From a virus: DNA of 51,627 nt. Shown piece by piece: positions 23,097 through 31,672 of the stretch (the first letter of the stretch is position 1; each line of letters opens with the position of its first letter). The notes under the pieces are model-generated. The model ran no database searches. It saw nothing but the letters and a program-made list of their open reading frames with translations, and was not told the DNA's origin. The position numbers and the translations under genes were made by a program. The DNA lies in IMG/VR virus record IMGVR_UViG_3300031994_000147. One strand, written 5' to 3'.

Positions 23097-25610
23097 ATGC
23101 CGGATAGGCAGATAGTTATATCGGTAGGTAACAGCCGTAACAGTAAGATGTGGCGGCAGGAGAATACAACAGTCTCAGCATTGTATGCAAGGCTCACACA
23201 GCCAATTGTAGGCACGGAGACCCATGCAGAGTACATGAGTATGCCCAAGACACAGCAGGACGATCTAAAGGACATAGGCGGCTTTGTAGGCGGCACTCTG
23301 AATGGCACACGCCGTAAGGCGGCTAACGTGCTCGGCAGAGATATCATAACACTTGACTTCGATAATATCCCCGGGTGGGGTACAGACATGATAGCAGCTA
23401 AGACCGATGCTCTGAACTGCAGTTACTGCATTTACAGCACACGTAAGCACACAGCAGCTAAGCCCCGCTTGCGCGTTATCCTTCCGCTTGACAGAACTGT
23501 ATCACCCGATGAATACGAGCCTATTGCAAGGCGTATAGCGCAGCAGATAGGCATTGAGTGCGCTGATAAGACCACATTCGATGTATCACGCCTTATGTAC
23601 TGGCCGTCAAAGTGCTCTGACACAGAGTACTATTACAAGACCAAAGATGCACCCTTTATCTCAGCTGACATGGTGCTCGGTACATATGCAGACTGGCACA
23701 ACGTCAGCTCATGGCCGCAGGCGCCCGGAGCTGTATCGCACAAGGCTCTTGCAGTCAAGCAGGGAGACCCGCTCGAAAAGACAGGTACCGTTGGAGCGTT
23801 CTGCCGTACATACACCATTGAGCAGGCTATGGCTGCTTTTCTCCCGGGCATATATGAGCCTGTTGATAATATGCCTGACAGGTTCACCTATCTGGGCGGC
23901 TCGACCACAGGCGGCGCGATAGTCTATGACGGTAAGTTCCTTTTCTCGCATCATGCGACAGACCCATGCTCGGAGAAGCTTGTCAACGCATTTGATATGG
24001 TACGTCTGCATAAGTTCGGAGATCTGGACGAGGACAAGAGCCCCGATACACCAATTACTAAGATGCCCTCGTTCAACAAGATGTGCGAGTTCGCAGAGCA
24101 GGACAAAGGCTGCAGGGCTACACTCAACAGGGAGAGACAGCAGGCGGCGGCTCTGGACTTCAACGGTCTGAGCACAGCAAGCGCGGCGGCAAGTGTGACA
24201 GCACCTGCACCGACAGCAGGCATGGCAGCTCCTGCGATAACACCCGCTGCAGCACAGCAGATAACTCCTACCGATGACGATCTGACCGCTGACTGGCGTG
24301 ATGAGCTTGAGTACAAGGTCAACAGTGATATTCTGAAAAACACTATCAACAATTATCTGATAGTTCTGAACAATGACCCTCTGATAAAAGATAAGTTCGC
24401 ATACAATGCTTTCGCAGAACGTAAAGAGATCTTCGGAGCCCTGCCGTGGGACAGCAGCACAGGACGGAGAATGTGGACTGATGCAGACACCAACGGTTTG
24501 TACTGGTTTATGGAAGCACGATACAATCAGGCAGGGCGCGGCAATATAGATAGTGCGCTCAGCTTGTACATGGCACAGCACAGCTTCAACGAAGTGCAGG
24601 ACTTCTTGAACGGTCTGCAGTGGGACGGTGTGAAGAGGTTAGACACTCTTTTCATTGACTACCTCGGAGCTGAGGACACAGAGTACACCAGGGCAGTTAC
24701 ACGCAAGATGTTCGTAGCGGGTGTTGCACGTGCTATGACCCCCGGAGTGAAGTTTGATAATATGCTTATCCTCGTAGGCTCACAGGGCTTAGGTAAGTCA
24801 ACGCTCTTGCGCCGTATGGCTCGCGGGTGGTTCAATGACAGTATATGTTCGTTTGAGGGCAAGGATGCAGCTGAACTGCTTCAAGGTGTATGGCTTGTAG
24901 AGATATCGGAGCTCGGAGCTTTCAGGAAGTCGGAGAGCTCACGTATCAAGCAGTTCCTTTCCCTTAACTCTGATATCTTCCGTGCGGCGTATGCTCGTAA
25001 TGCAGAAGAACGTCAGCGTAAATGTGTGTTCTTCGGTTCAACTAATGATGACGAGTTTTTGAGAGACCCCACAGGCGAGCGCAGGTTCTGGCCTGTTGAC
25101 TGCTGCAGGGAGCGCAAGAAGTTAAGTCCTTTCACAGACCTCAACGACCATATCATATCACAGGTGTGGGCAGAAGCTCGTGCGTACTGGATAACCGGCG
25201 AGCCCCTGTTTCTTAGTGAAGATCTGGAACAGATGGCTAAGGCTAAGCAGATGGAGCACAAGGAAGAATCTGTTAAGATAGGTCTGATAAGAGAGTTCAT
25301 AAGCAAACGTGTTCCTGAGGACTGGAACAGGTATACCATAGATCAGCGCCGTATGTGGTGGGGCTCGCATGGTACGTCCGCACAGGACGGTGACGGAGAT
25401 ACCGAGCTCGTTGAACGTGACAGGATATCAGCTGCGGAGATCTGGGTGGAGTGCTTCAACGCCGACTTAGCTCACATGGGTAAAGCGGAAGCGCGAGAGA
25501 TCAATGAAGCATTCAGAACTATTGACGGTTGGAGCAACACGACCGAATCAAAGAAGTGCGGTCCGTATGGTCAGCAGCGTTGTCATATGAAGATGTGTTC
25601 TGCACAGTGA
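23097..25610 (+). CDS. Primase-helicase: AEP-type primase-polymerase N-domain fused to a VirE/D5-like SF3 P-loop helicase
   Basis: DIITLDFDN (DxD), STRKHT..., DVSRLMYWP. Walker A is GSQGLGKST and Walker B is VWLVEISEL. 837 aa. Confidence 0.85.
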   Translation: MPDRQIVISVGNSRNSKMWRQENTTVSALYARLTQPIVGTETHAEYMSMPKTQQDDLKDIGGFVGGTLNGTRRKAANVLGRDIITLDFDNIPGWGTDMIAAKTDALNCSYCIYSTRKHTAAKPRLRVILPLDRTVSPDEYEPIARRIAQQIGIECADKTTFDVSRLMYWPSKCSDTEYYYKTKDAPFISADMVLGTYADWHNVSSWPQAPGAVSHKALAVKQGDPLEKTGTVGAFCRTYTIEQAMAAFLPGIYEPVDNMPDRFTYLGGSTTGGAIVYDGKFLFSHHATDPCSEKLVNAFDMVRLHKFGDLDEDKSPDTPITKMPSFNKMCEFAEQDKGCRATLNRERQQAAALDFNGLSTASAAASVTAPAPTAGMAAPAITPAAAQQITPTDDDLTADWRDELEYKVNSDILKNTINNYLIVLNNDPLIKDKFAYNAFAERKEIFGALPWDSSTGRRMWTDADTNGLYWFMEARYNQAGRGNIDSALSLYMAQHSFNEVQDFLNGLQWDGVKRLDTLFIDYLGAEDTEYTRAVTRKMFVAGVARAMTPGVKFDNMLILVGSQGLGKSTLLRRMARGWFNDSICSFEGKDAAELLQGVWLVEISELGAFRKSESSRIKQFLSLNSDIFRAAYARNAEERQRKCVFFGSTNDDEFLRDPTGERRFWPVDCCRERKKLSPFTDLNDHIISQVWAEARAYWITGEPLFLSEDLEQMAKAKQMEHKEESVKIGLIREFISKRVPEDWNRYTIDQRRMWWGSHGTSAQDGDGDTELVERDRISAAEIWVECFNADLAHMGKAEAREINEAFRTIDGWSNTTESKKCGPYGQQRCHMKMCSAQ

Positions 25611-25657
25611 CACCCCATGTCTGAGCGCCAGCTTAGTTGATGCAGTGATGCAGAATA

Positions 25658-25910
25658 GGGGTAACATTATCGGTAACATTCTGCTGTTACCCCCCTATTT
25701 TCTGTTACCCCACGAAAAATAAATGTTACCCCTAATGTTACCTTTTTTGTTACCCCTGAAATGCCCTATTTTACTATGTTTTATATATAAAGGTAACAAA
25801 GAAACATTAAAATACCTAATAGACTAGAAAGTATATATGTATGGGCGCGTATACGTCATAAACGCATATATTTGCGGGTATATACGCGTACACGCGCGAA
25901 TGTTGTTACC
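25658..25910. repeat. Iteron-rich dispersed repeat, copy B (partner 1540..1789)
   Basis: GGTAAC at 25660 and 25672. GTTACC at 25686, 25705, 25725, 25737 and 25749. The same AT-rich core. GGTAAC at 25792. TAYACGC-like motifs at 25850-25898. Terminal GTTGTTACC at 25902-25910. Confidence 0.9.
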
Positions 25911-25944
25911 CCTGATTTGAGAGAGGATATTGGAGGTTGAATTG

Positions 25945-26244
25945 ATGAACGTGATCGAATCAGAAATCGAGAACAAGATGCGGCAGAAGCTGAAAAAGCA
26001 TGGAGCGATCTTCTTCAAGTTCGTGAGCCCTTCCATGAGCGGGGTGCCTGACCGCATTGTGATAATGCCCAATGGCAGAGTGATCTTTGTTGAGTTGAAA
26101 CGAGACGGCGGTATCATATCGGAACGACAGAAGTTTATCCACAAGATGCTTCGCATGAACAATGCTGAGGTGCGAGTGGTCATTGGCATGGAGCAGGCTA
26201 TGAGATTCGTGAGGGAGGTGTGCGAGGACTGTGAGTGCAGCTAA
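25945..26244 (+). CDS. VRR-NUC domain nuclease (start trimmed to MNVIESE)
   Basis: GVPDRIVIMPNGRVIFVELKRDGG is the PD...ExK core. RBS GGAGG 9 nt upstream of the ATG at 25945. Confidence 0.8.
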   Translation: MNVIESEIENKMRQKLKKHGAIFFKFVSPSMSGVPDRIVIMPNGRVIFVELKRDGGIISERQKFIHKMLRMNNAEVRVVIGMEQAMRFVREVCEDCECS

Positions 26245-27616
26245 GCATTTTATTCCGCATAACTATCAGGCGTACTGTCGTGATCGGATAATCGATACAC
26301 CGAACATCGGACTGTTTCTCGAAATGGGTCTTGGCAAGACTGCTATAACACTCGATGCAGTGAAGCGGTTGAAGTATCATTACCTGCAAATTGTCAAGAC
26401 TTTAATCATAGCACCGAAGAAAGTAGCTGAATCCACATGGCACACAGAAGGAGCACAGTGGTTAGAGTTTTCTGAACTTCGCTTTTCCTTCGTCATGGGC
26501 ACTCAGGCTGAGCGCATAGCTGCACTCAATACTCCCGCGGACATCTACCTGATAAACCGCGAGAACACACAATGGCTTGTTGAGTATTATAAACACAAGT
26601 GGCCGTTTGACATGGTGGTTCTTGACGAATCGTCAAGCTTCAAGAATCATCAGGCTAAGCGGTTCAAAGCATTGAAGCTAGTCCGCAGCCGTATCAATCG
26701 CATGGTGCTCCTGACCGGTACGCCCTCACCGAAGTCCCTCATGGACTTATGGGCTCAGGTGTACTTACTGGACGGAGGGCAAAGGCTCGGCAGAACGATA
26801 ACCGCTTACCGTGATGCATACTTCGTACCCGACAAGCGGAACGGTCAGATAATTTACAGCTACGCTCTGAGGGATGGCGCAGACAAAGAGATCTACAAGC
26901 GGATATCTGATATCTGCATATCCATGAGGTCAGCCGATTATCTATCCTTGCCCGAGCTGATGTACAACGACATACCTGTCATGCTTGACAAGCCTGCTGC
27001 AGCAGCATACAAGAAGCTAGAGCATGATATGCTCATCGAGGTTGACGAAAGCACGATCACGGCGGGTACTGCTGCGGTGCTGACCAACAAGCTCCTGCAG
27101 CTGTGCAACGGTGCAGTGTATGACGAGGACGGCAAGGTGATAGAGCTGCAGTCCTGCAAGCTTGATGCACTCCTGGAGACCGTTGAGCAGCTCGGAGACG
27201 AACACGCGATTATCTGCTATAACTTCAAGCACGACAAGGACAGGCTCATGCAGGCGCTCTCGAAAACAGGTAAGCGCGTAGCTGTGTACGAGGGAGAACA
27301 GCAGAAGCAGGACTGGAACGATGGCAAGATTGACCTCATGCTTGTACAGCCTGCATCATGTGGCTACGGTCTGAACCTGCAGCGCGGAGGACATCACATC
27401 ATCTGGTTCGGTCTGACATGGAGCTTGGAGCTGTATCAGCAGACGAACAAGAGACTGCACAGGCAGGGGCAGACACACCCGGTTATCGTGCATCACCTGA
27501 TCGTCAAGGGCGGAGCTGACGAGGATGTTATAACAGCTCTTCACGCGAAAGACTTAACGCAGGAAGGACTTCTCAACGCCCTGAGGGTACGTCTGAGGGC
27601 TGCAAAGCAGGGATAA
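26231..27616 (+). CDS. SNF2/DEAD-like superfamily 2 helicase (GTG start)
   Basis: Motif I is LEMGLGKT, motif II VVLDESSSFKN, motif III LLTGTP and motif VI QQTNKRLHRQGQ. Confidence 0.9.
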   Translation: MSAAKHFIPHNYQAYCRDRIIDTPNIGLFLEMGLGKTAITLDAVKRLKYHYLQIVKTLIIAPKKVAESTWHTEGAQWLEFSELRFSFVMGTQAERIAALNTPADIYLINRENTQWLVEYYKHKWPFDMVVLDESSSFKNHQAKRFKALKLVRSRINRMVLLTGTPSPKSLMDLWAQVYLLDGGQRLGRTITAYRDAYFVPDKRNGQIIYSYALRDGADKEIYKRISDICISMRSADYLSLPELMYNDIPVMLDKPAAAAYKKLEHDMLIEVDESTITAGTAAVLTNKLLQLCNGAVYDEDGKVIELQSCKLDALLETVEQLGDEHAIICYNFKHDKDRLMQALSKTGKRVAVYEGEQQKQDWNDGKIDLMLVQPASCGYGLNLQRGGHHIIWFGLTWSLELYQQTNKRLHRQGQTHPVIVHHLIVKGGADEDVITALHAKDLTQEGLLNALRVRLRAAKQG

Positions 27617-27628
27617 TTAATACAAAAC

Positions 27629-27685
27629 ACACAACATCTTGTGGTTATTTTTGGCTATTTTGTCTTTAACCACAAGATGTTGTGT
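27629..27685. repeat. Perfect 18-bp inverted repeat with 21-nt spacer (operator and/or terminator hairpin)
   Basis: ACACAACATCTTGTGGTT (27629-27646) and AACCACAAGATGTTGTGT (27668-27685). A third, 15/18-matching copy AACCACAACATCTGGTGT lies at 27700-27717. Confidence 0.85.
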
Positions 27686-27693
27686 ATTACCCC

Positions 27694-27722
27694 TTGACAA
27701 ACCACAACATCTGGTGTATAAT
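27694..27722 (+). promoter_or_regulatory. Consensus sigma-70/SigA-type late-operon promoter TTGACA-17 bp-TATAAT
   Basis: TTGACA at 27694-27699, a 17-nt spacer and TATAAT at 27717-27722. The spacer is itself a copy of the 18-bp repeat arm. Confidence 0.75.
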
Positions 27723-28019
27723 ATACGCAAGTAGATACAACAGGCGGTAGGCGCATCGAGTATGCCTCCGGCTTGATGTTGCCGGACAATGCCGCCATTG
27801 TACTACGACTTGTGTTTCATTCTCATGGGGCTCGGGCAGCAGGTTTTGACCATTTACTGCTGTTCTGGCATTTAATTCTCCTTTCTACCTTCTTGCACCC
27901 GCTGTATTCAGCAGCGGCAGCGGGTGCATATCACCTAGCAGGACAGCAGCACATCATGTGCGGCTCAGTTCGATTCTGAGCAGGGTGTTCAAAACAACGA
28001 CACTAACGGAGGGCTAACG
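27723..28019 (+). ncRNA. About 300-nt non-coding, highly structured leader of the late operon (candidate cis-regulatory RNA)
   Basis: No RBS-preceded ORF. Predicted helices: GGCGG(27743)/CCGCC(27792) enclosing CCGGC/GCCGG. GCAGCAG(27836)/CTGCTGT(27857). GCACCCGCTG(27895)/CAGCGGGTGC(27918) with an alternative CAGCGG partner. GCACA/TGTGC(27949-27961). T-arm-like GCTCAG-TTCGATT-CTGAGC(27963-27981). Confidence 0.45.
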
Positions 28020-28394
28020 ATGGAAAACAGAAAGCTGATACGCATTCAGACAGAAAACAACCTCAACGAGGTCTACGCAGTAGACGAGCCCGGTGCGGGT
28101 AATGCAAGTCATGAGTACTTGGTGTTACTGCCTACGGACGAACCCGATGTAGCAATACCTGTTGAGATAGCTTTCCAGAATGGACCGAGGAAAGACCCCA
28201 ACAGCATTTCGGGTGTACTGGACACTGATCTGTTGGAGATCGTCCGCGACAGGCTCAAAGGTTTCCAGAGCGGCGAGTTCGCCTGCCGTGAAAATGCTTG
28301 TGCTCTTACCCACATCGAAGAAGCGCTCATGTGGATGAACAAGCGCGTAACTGACAGAGCACAGCGCGGGGTGCTCGGTACCAACAACAAGTGA
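28020..28394 (+). CDS. Conserved phage protein of unknown function, first late gene, 124 aa
   Basis: RBS ACGGAGGG. The FQNGP...GVLDTDLLEIVRDRLKGFQSGEFACRENACALTHIEEALMWMNKRVTDRAQRGVLGT pattern recurs next to terminase genes in many phages. Confidence 0.7.
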   Translation: MENRKLIRIQTENNLNEVYAVDEPGAGNASHEYLVLLPTDEPDVAIPVEIAFQNGPRKDPNSISGVLDTDLLEIVRDRLKGFQSGEFACRENACALTHIEEALMWMNKRVTDRAQRGVLGTNNK

Positions 28395-28489
28395 TACACC
28401 GACAGAACTAACAACGATAAACGGCTATTCAAGCTCGGACACGATGAGAAGCTACGGCGGTCAAGCCTTAATCGAGGGCTCATTCCTAC

Positions 28490-28512
28490 CGACTGCGGGA
28501 ATAGTCGTTTTT
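28490..28512 (+). terminator. Weak hairpin plus T5 between the first late gene and terS (attenuator candidate)
   Basis: CGACT-GCGGGAAT-AGTCG followed by TTTTT. Confidence 0.3.
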
Positions 28513-28572
28513 CAGACACACGGCAGCAAGCCCCCAGTATCAGCATAACGCTAAAGCAAGGAGGTGTATAGC

Positions 28573-29061
28573 ATGGCTGACGAAAAAGAGAAGAAGTACA
28601 GACCACAGAACAAGAACCTAAGGCTCTTCAACGAAATCCCTGTTGAGGAAGCTCGTGCTATACAGTCAGCAGGCGGCAAGGCTTCACATGAAGCACGCAA
28701 GAAGCGCCAAGCTATGGCAGACCTGCTGCTGCTATACTCAGGCTTGCCTATCAAAGATGCACGAATACGTAAGCGTTTGAAGAACTTAGGCGTACCTGAT
28801 GAGGAACTGACACAGAAGTTCCAGATAGCTGATGCGCTCGTAAAGACCGCACAGACAGGTAACACACAGGCTATAGCACTGTACCTTGATTCGATCGGAG
28901 AACTTGGTGCAGCTAAGGGCGAGGACAAGGAAAACAACTTGTTCAAGATGATCGAGGAGAGCAGCTCACAGGAGGTTGAATTGGATGATATTCCGGAAAT
29001 TCGGGAAACGTCAGAATCTGACGTTGACTTGGTGGAATCGCCCGAATCTGAGGAACTATGA
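28573..29061 (+). CDS. terS: Terminase small subunit (start trimmed to MADEKEKK)
   Basis: Lies immediately upstream of, and overlapping, terL. Basic N-terminus and acidic C-terminus. RBS AAGGAGG. Confidence 0.6.
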   Translation: MADEKEKKYRPQNKNLRLFNEIPVEEARAIQSAGGKASHEARKKRQAMADLLLLYSGLPIKDARIRKRLKNLGVPDEELTQKFQIADALVKTAQTGNTQAIALYLDSIGELGAAKGEDKENNLFKMIEESSSQEVELDDIPEIRETSESDVDLVESPESEEL

Positions 29062-30220
29062 TGCGATAATCTGTGACGGCTCTATCAGATCAGGCAAGAC
29101 ACTGTCAATGTCGATAGGCTTCATTAACTGGTCGATGACCAGATACAACAATCAGTTTTTCGCTATCTGCGGAAAAACAATTGAAGCTCTCAGACGTAAC
29201 GTTATCTCACACCTCAGCCAATGGTTAGAGGGAGTGTACACGATAACAGAGCGTAGGTCTGAGAATCTGATAGTCGTATCAGCAGGCGGCAAGACAAACA
29301 CTTACTACCTTTTCGGCGGTAAGGACGAATCAAGCTACTCTCTGATACAGGGTATGACCTTAGCAGGCGTGTTCTTTGACGAAGTCGCCCTCATGCCCAG
29401 GTCATTTGTTGAGCAGGCTATGGCGCGTTGTTCGGTAGAGGGCTCAAAGTTCTGGTTTAACTGCAATCCCGAGAACCCCTCTCACTGGTTCTACTTGGAG
29501 TGGATCCAGCAGAGAACGAAGAAGAACGCTCTGTATCTCCATTTCACGATGGACGACAATCTGTCGCTATCACCTGAGATAAAAGAACGATACGAGAAGA
29601 TGTACACAGGTGTGTTCTACCGCCGTTACATTCTCGGTCTCTGGGTAAGAGCTGAGGGTCTTGTGTACCCGATGTTCGACAGAGAAAAGCATCTTATCGA
29701 TACTGTACCAACGTTCAACGCACGGCACCGATACTTCGTTGCTGTGGACTATGGTACAGTTAACCCATTTGCAGCGGGTCTTTACGACTACGACCCAACG
29801 CATAAGACAGCTACGAAGATCAAGGAGCTGTATTACCGCGGCGGTTCCGCAAAGAGAGTTGACAACGAGCGGTATTACAAGATGCTGAAAGACCTCATCG
29901 GTGATTATCCGATAGAGTGTATCGTTATCGACCCCTCAGCTGCGGCTATGGTCGAAACGATCTTGAAGTATGGCGAGTACGATGTGCGCAAGGCAATTAA
30001 TGACGTACTCAACGGCATACAGACAGTTACGAAGTATCTCAATGCAGGCGTGCTGCACTTCTGCAGCGACTGCAAGTCCACTATCAAGGAGTTCGACAGC
30101 TACTCTTGGAAAGAAGATGCAAGTGTGGACACGGTCATCAAGGAAAACGACCACGCTATGGATGAACTGAGGTACTTCTGCTATACGATACTAAGAGACG
30201 AATTAATGTTTGATATATAG
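28985..30220 (+). CDS. terL: Terminase large subunit (PBSX/Terminase_3-like)
   Basis: Walker A-like DGSIRSGKT and Walker B GVFFDEVALM. Nuclease motifs VAVDYGTVNP and ENDHAMDELRY. The ATG at 28985 lies 9 nt after GGAGG. Confidence 0.9.
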   Translation: MIFRKFGKRQNLTLTWWNRPNLRNYDAIICDGSIRSGKTLSMSIGFINWSMTRYNNQFFAICGKTIEALRRNVISHLSQWLEGVYTITERRSENLIVVSAGGKTNTYYLFGGKDESSYSLIQGMTLAGVFFDEVALMPRSFVEQAMARCSVEGSKFWFNCNPENPSHWFYLEWIQQRTKKNALYLHFTMDDNLSLSPEIKERYEKMYTGVFYRRYILGLWVRAEGLVYPMFDREKHLIDTVPTFNARHRYFVAVDYGTVNPFAAGLYDYDPTHKTATKIKELYYRGGSAKRVDNERYYKMLKDLIGDYPIECIVIDPSAAAMVETILKYGEYDVRKAINDVLNGIQTVTKYLNAGVLHFCSDCKSTIKEFDSYSWKEDASVDTVIKENDHAMDELRYFCYTILRDELMFDI

Positions 30221-30232
30221 GGCGGTGATGAT

Positions 30233-31672
30233 ATGAGTATTTTTACACGCCTGCTTGGGAGGTTAGGCAACTTGTTCGGTGCAACCAATGCGGATATAGG
30301 ACGTGAGTTCGGTGTTAAGCTTATATCATCTTCGCAGATGCAGAACGCGCTTAACAATTGGGATAACATCTCGAAGGGTAAGGCTCCGTGGGTAGATCGT
30401 GAGGACGGTATAAAGACCGTCAACATGGCTAAGTTCATAGCCGATACCAGAGCAAAGCTTACAACCCTTGACATAGGCGTTAACGTTAGCGGCAGTTCTG
30501 CAAGAGCTGACTTCCTGCAGAACATAACCGATGATCTGATAAAGAGACTGCCCGAGAAGATGTGCGAAGCAGATAGGCTCGGCGGTATGATGATACGATG
30601 GAACGGCACGAGCTGGGACTTCGTTCTTCCGGGTAACTTCGGAGTAACCGAAGTAAACGGCAACCGCGAAATAACAGGCGCGATATTCGCAGTTCAGGCG
30701 GTGGAAGGTAACAACACCTATACGCGCCTTGAATATCACAGGTTTGTCGATGTTGACGGTGAATCGCTGTATCAGGTGACCAACAAGGCATTCAGGAACG
30801 GTACAGATATCAGCGGTAACACAACACTTGGTACACCTGTTCCTCTAACTGAGGTCAGAGCTTGGGCGCACCTGCAGCCCGACACTTACATACGCGGACT
30901 GACTAAGCCCCTTTTCGCTTACTACCGCGTACCGGGCTCAAACACTATCGATGATACCTCACCTCTCGGTGTGTCGATATTTGCCAACGCTCTGACCGAG
31001 CTTAGAGCCATTGATGTGGCGATCTCCCGCAAGGACACCGAGATCGAGGACAGCAAGCACATGACGTTCATCGGTCAGAGCATTAAACGTTCTGCCGATA
31101 ACAGGAACTTCAAGTTACCGAGATTTGTGCAGCAGCTCGGTATCGGTTTGGACGATGCAAGCAACAGCAGCATCAAGGAGCATACAGCTACACTGCTTAC
31201 CGAATCCCGCTTGCAGGATATCAACTTTAACCTCTCAATGGCAGGCGTTAAGTGCGGTTTCTCTGAGGGCGTATTCGTTCTCGATGGACAGCGTGGCATG
31301 GTAACCGCTACCCAGATAGAAAGCGACGACCGAGATACCATACAGACCATTAAGGACGACCGCGATGCTCTGCAGGCCGCACTTGAACAGGCTATTGAGG
31401 GTGCTGATAAGATAGCAACTCTCATGAACCTTGCACCGCTTGGTGAATACGAGCTGCAGTTTGCTTTCGGTGATATCACATACTCCTACGAGGAAGATAA
31501 AGCGAACTGGCGTATGTACGCTATGCAGGGGTGGGTGCCTAAGTGGGTATACCTCATGAAGTTTGAAAAGATGACCGAGGAAGAAGCAAAGGCTATGATA
31601 GCAGAAGCGCAGATAGCTGATGCAGAAGTACAGCTGTTCCAACAGCAGCTCTCCGCAGAGGGTGATGATTAG
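30233..31672 (+). CDS. Portal protein (SPP1 gp6-like), 479 aa
   Basis: Size and position directly after terL, followed by a MuF-like gene. Confidence 0.8.
   Translation: MSIFTRLLGRLGNLFGATNADIGREFGVKLISSSQMQNALNNWDNISKGKAPWVDREDGIKTVNMAKFIADTRAKLTTLDIGVNVSGSSARADFLQNITDDLIKRLPEKMCEADRLGGMMIRWNGTSWDFVLPGNFGVTEVNGNREITGAIFAVQAVEGNNTYTRLEYHRFVDVDGESLYQVTNKAFRNGTDISGNTTLGTPVPLTEVRAWAHLQPDTYIRGLTKPLFAYYRVPGSNTIDDTSPLGVSIFANALTELRAIDVAISRKDTEIEDSKHMTFIGQSIKRSADNRNFKLPRFVQQLGIGLDDASNSSIKEHTATLLTESRLQDINFNLSMAGVKCGFSEGVFVLDGQRGMVTATQIESDDRDTIQTIKDDRDALQAALEQAIEGADKIATLMNLAPLGEYELQFAFGDITYSYEEDKANWRMYAMQGWVPKWVYLMKFEKMTEEEAKAMIAEAQIADAEVQLFQQQLSAEGDD

Noticed and set aside
27773-27979. 68-aa plus-strand ORF inside the late leader.
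   Set aside because: It has a TTG start with no Shine-Dalgarno sequence. The region is dominated by GC-rich hairpins, and the peptide has no recognisable features. It is treated as non-coding leader.
27949-27990. tRNA-like T-arm (GCTCAG-TTCGATT-CTGAGC) suggesting a second tRNA or a tmRNA-like gene.
   Set aside because: No D arm or anticodon arm can be built upstream. The acceptor pairing is poor and there is no CCA or suitable 5' strand at the right distance. It is kept only as an element of the structured leader.
28976-29061. ORF-track starts for terL (TTG at 28976) and terS (GTG at 28564), and similar extended starts for about 20 other genes.
   Set aside because: These extended starts fall inside or immediately adjacent to the Shine-Dalgarno sequence, or inside promoters. 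The downstream ATG/GTG codons with 5-10-nt spacing were preferred, and this remains an inference.
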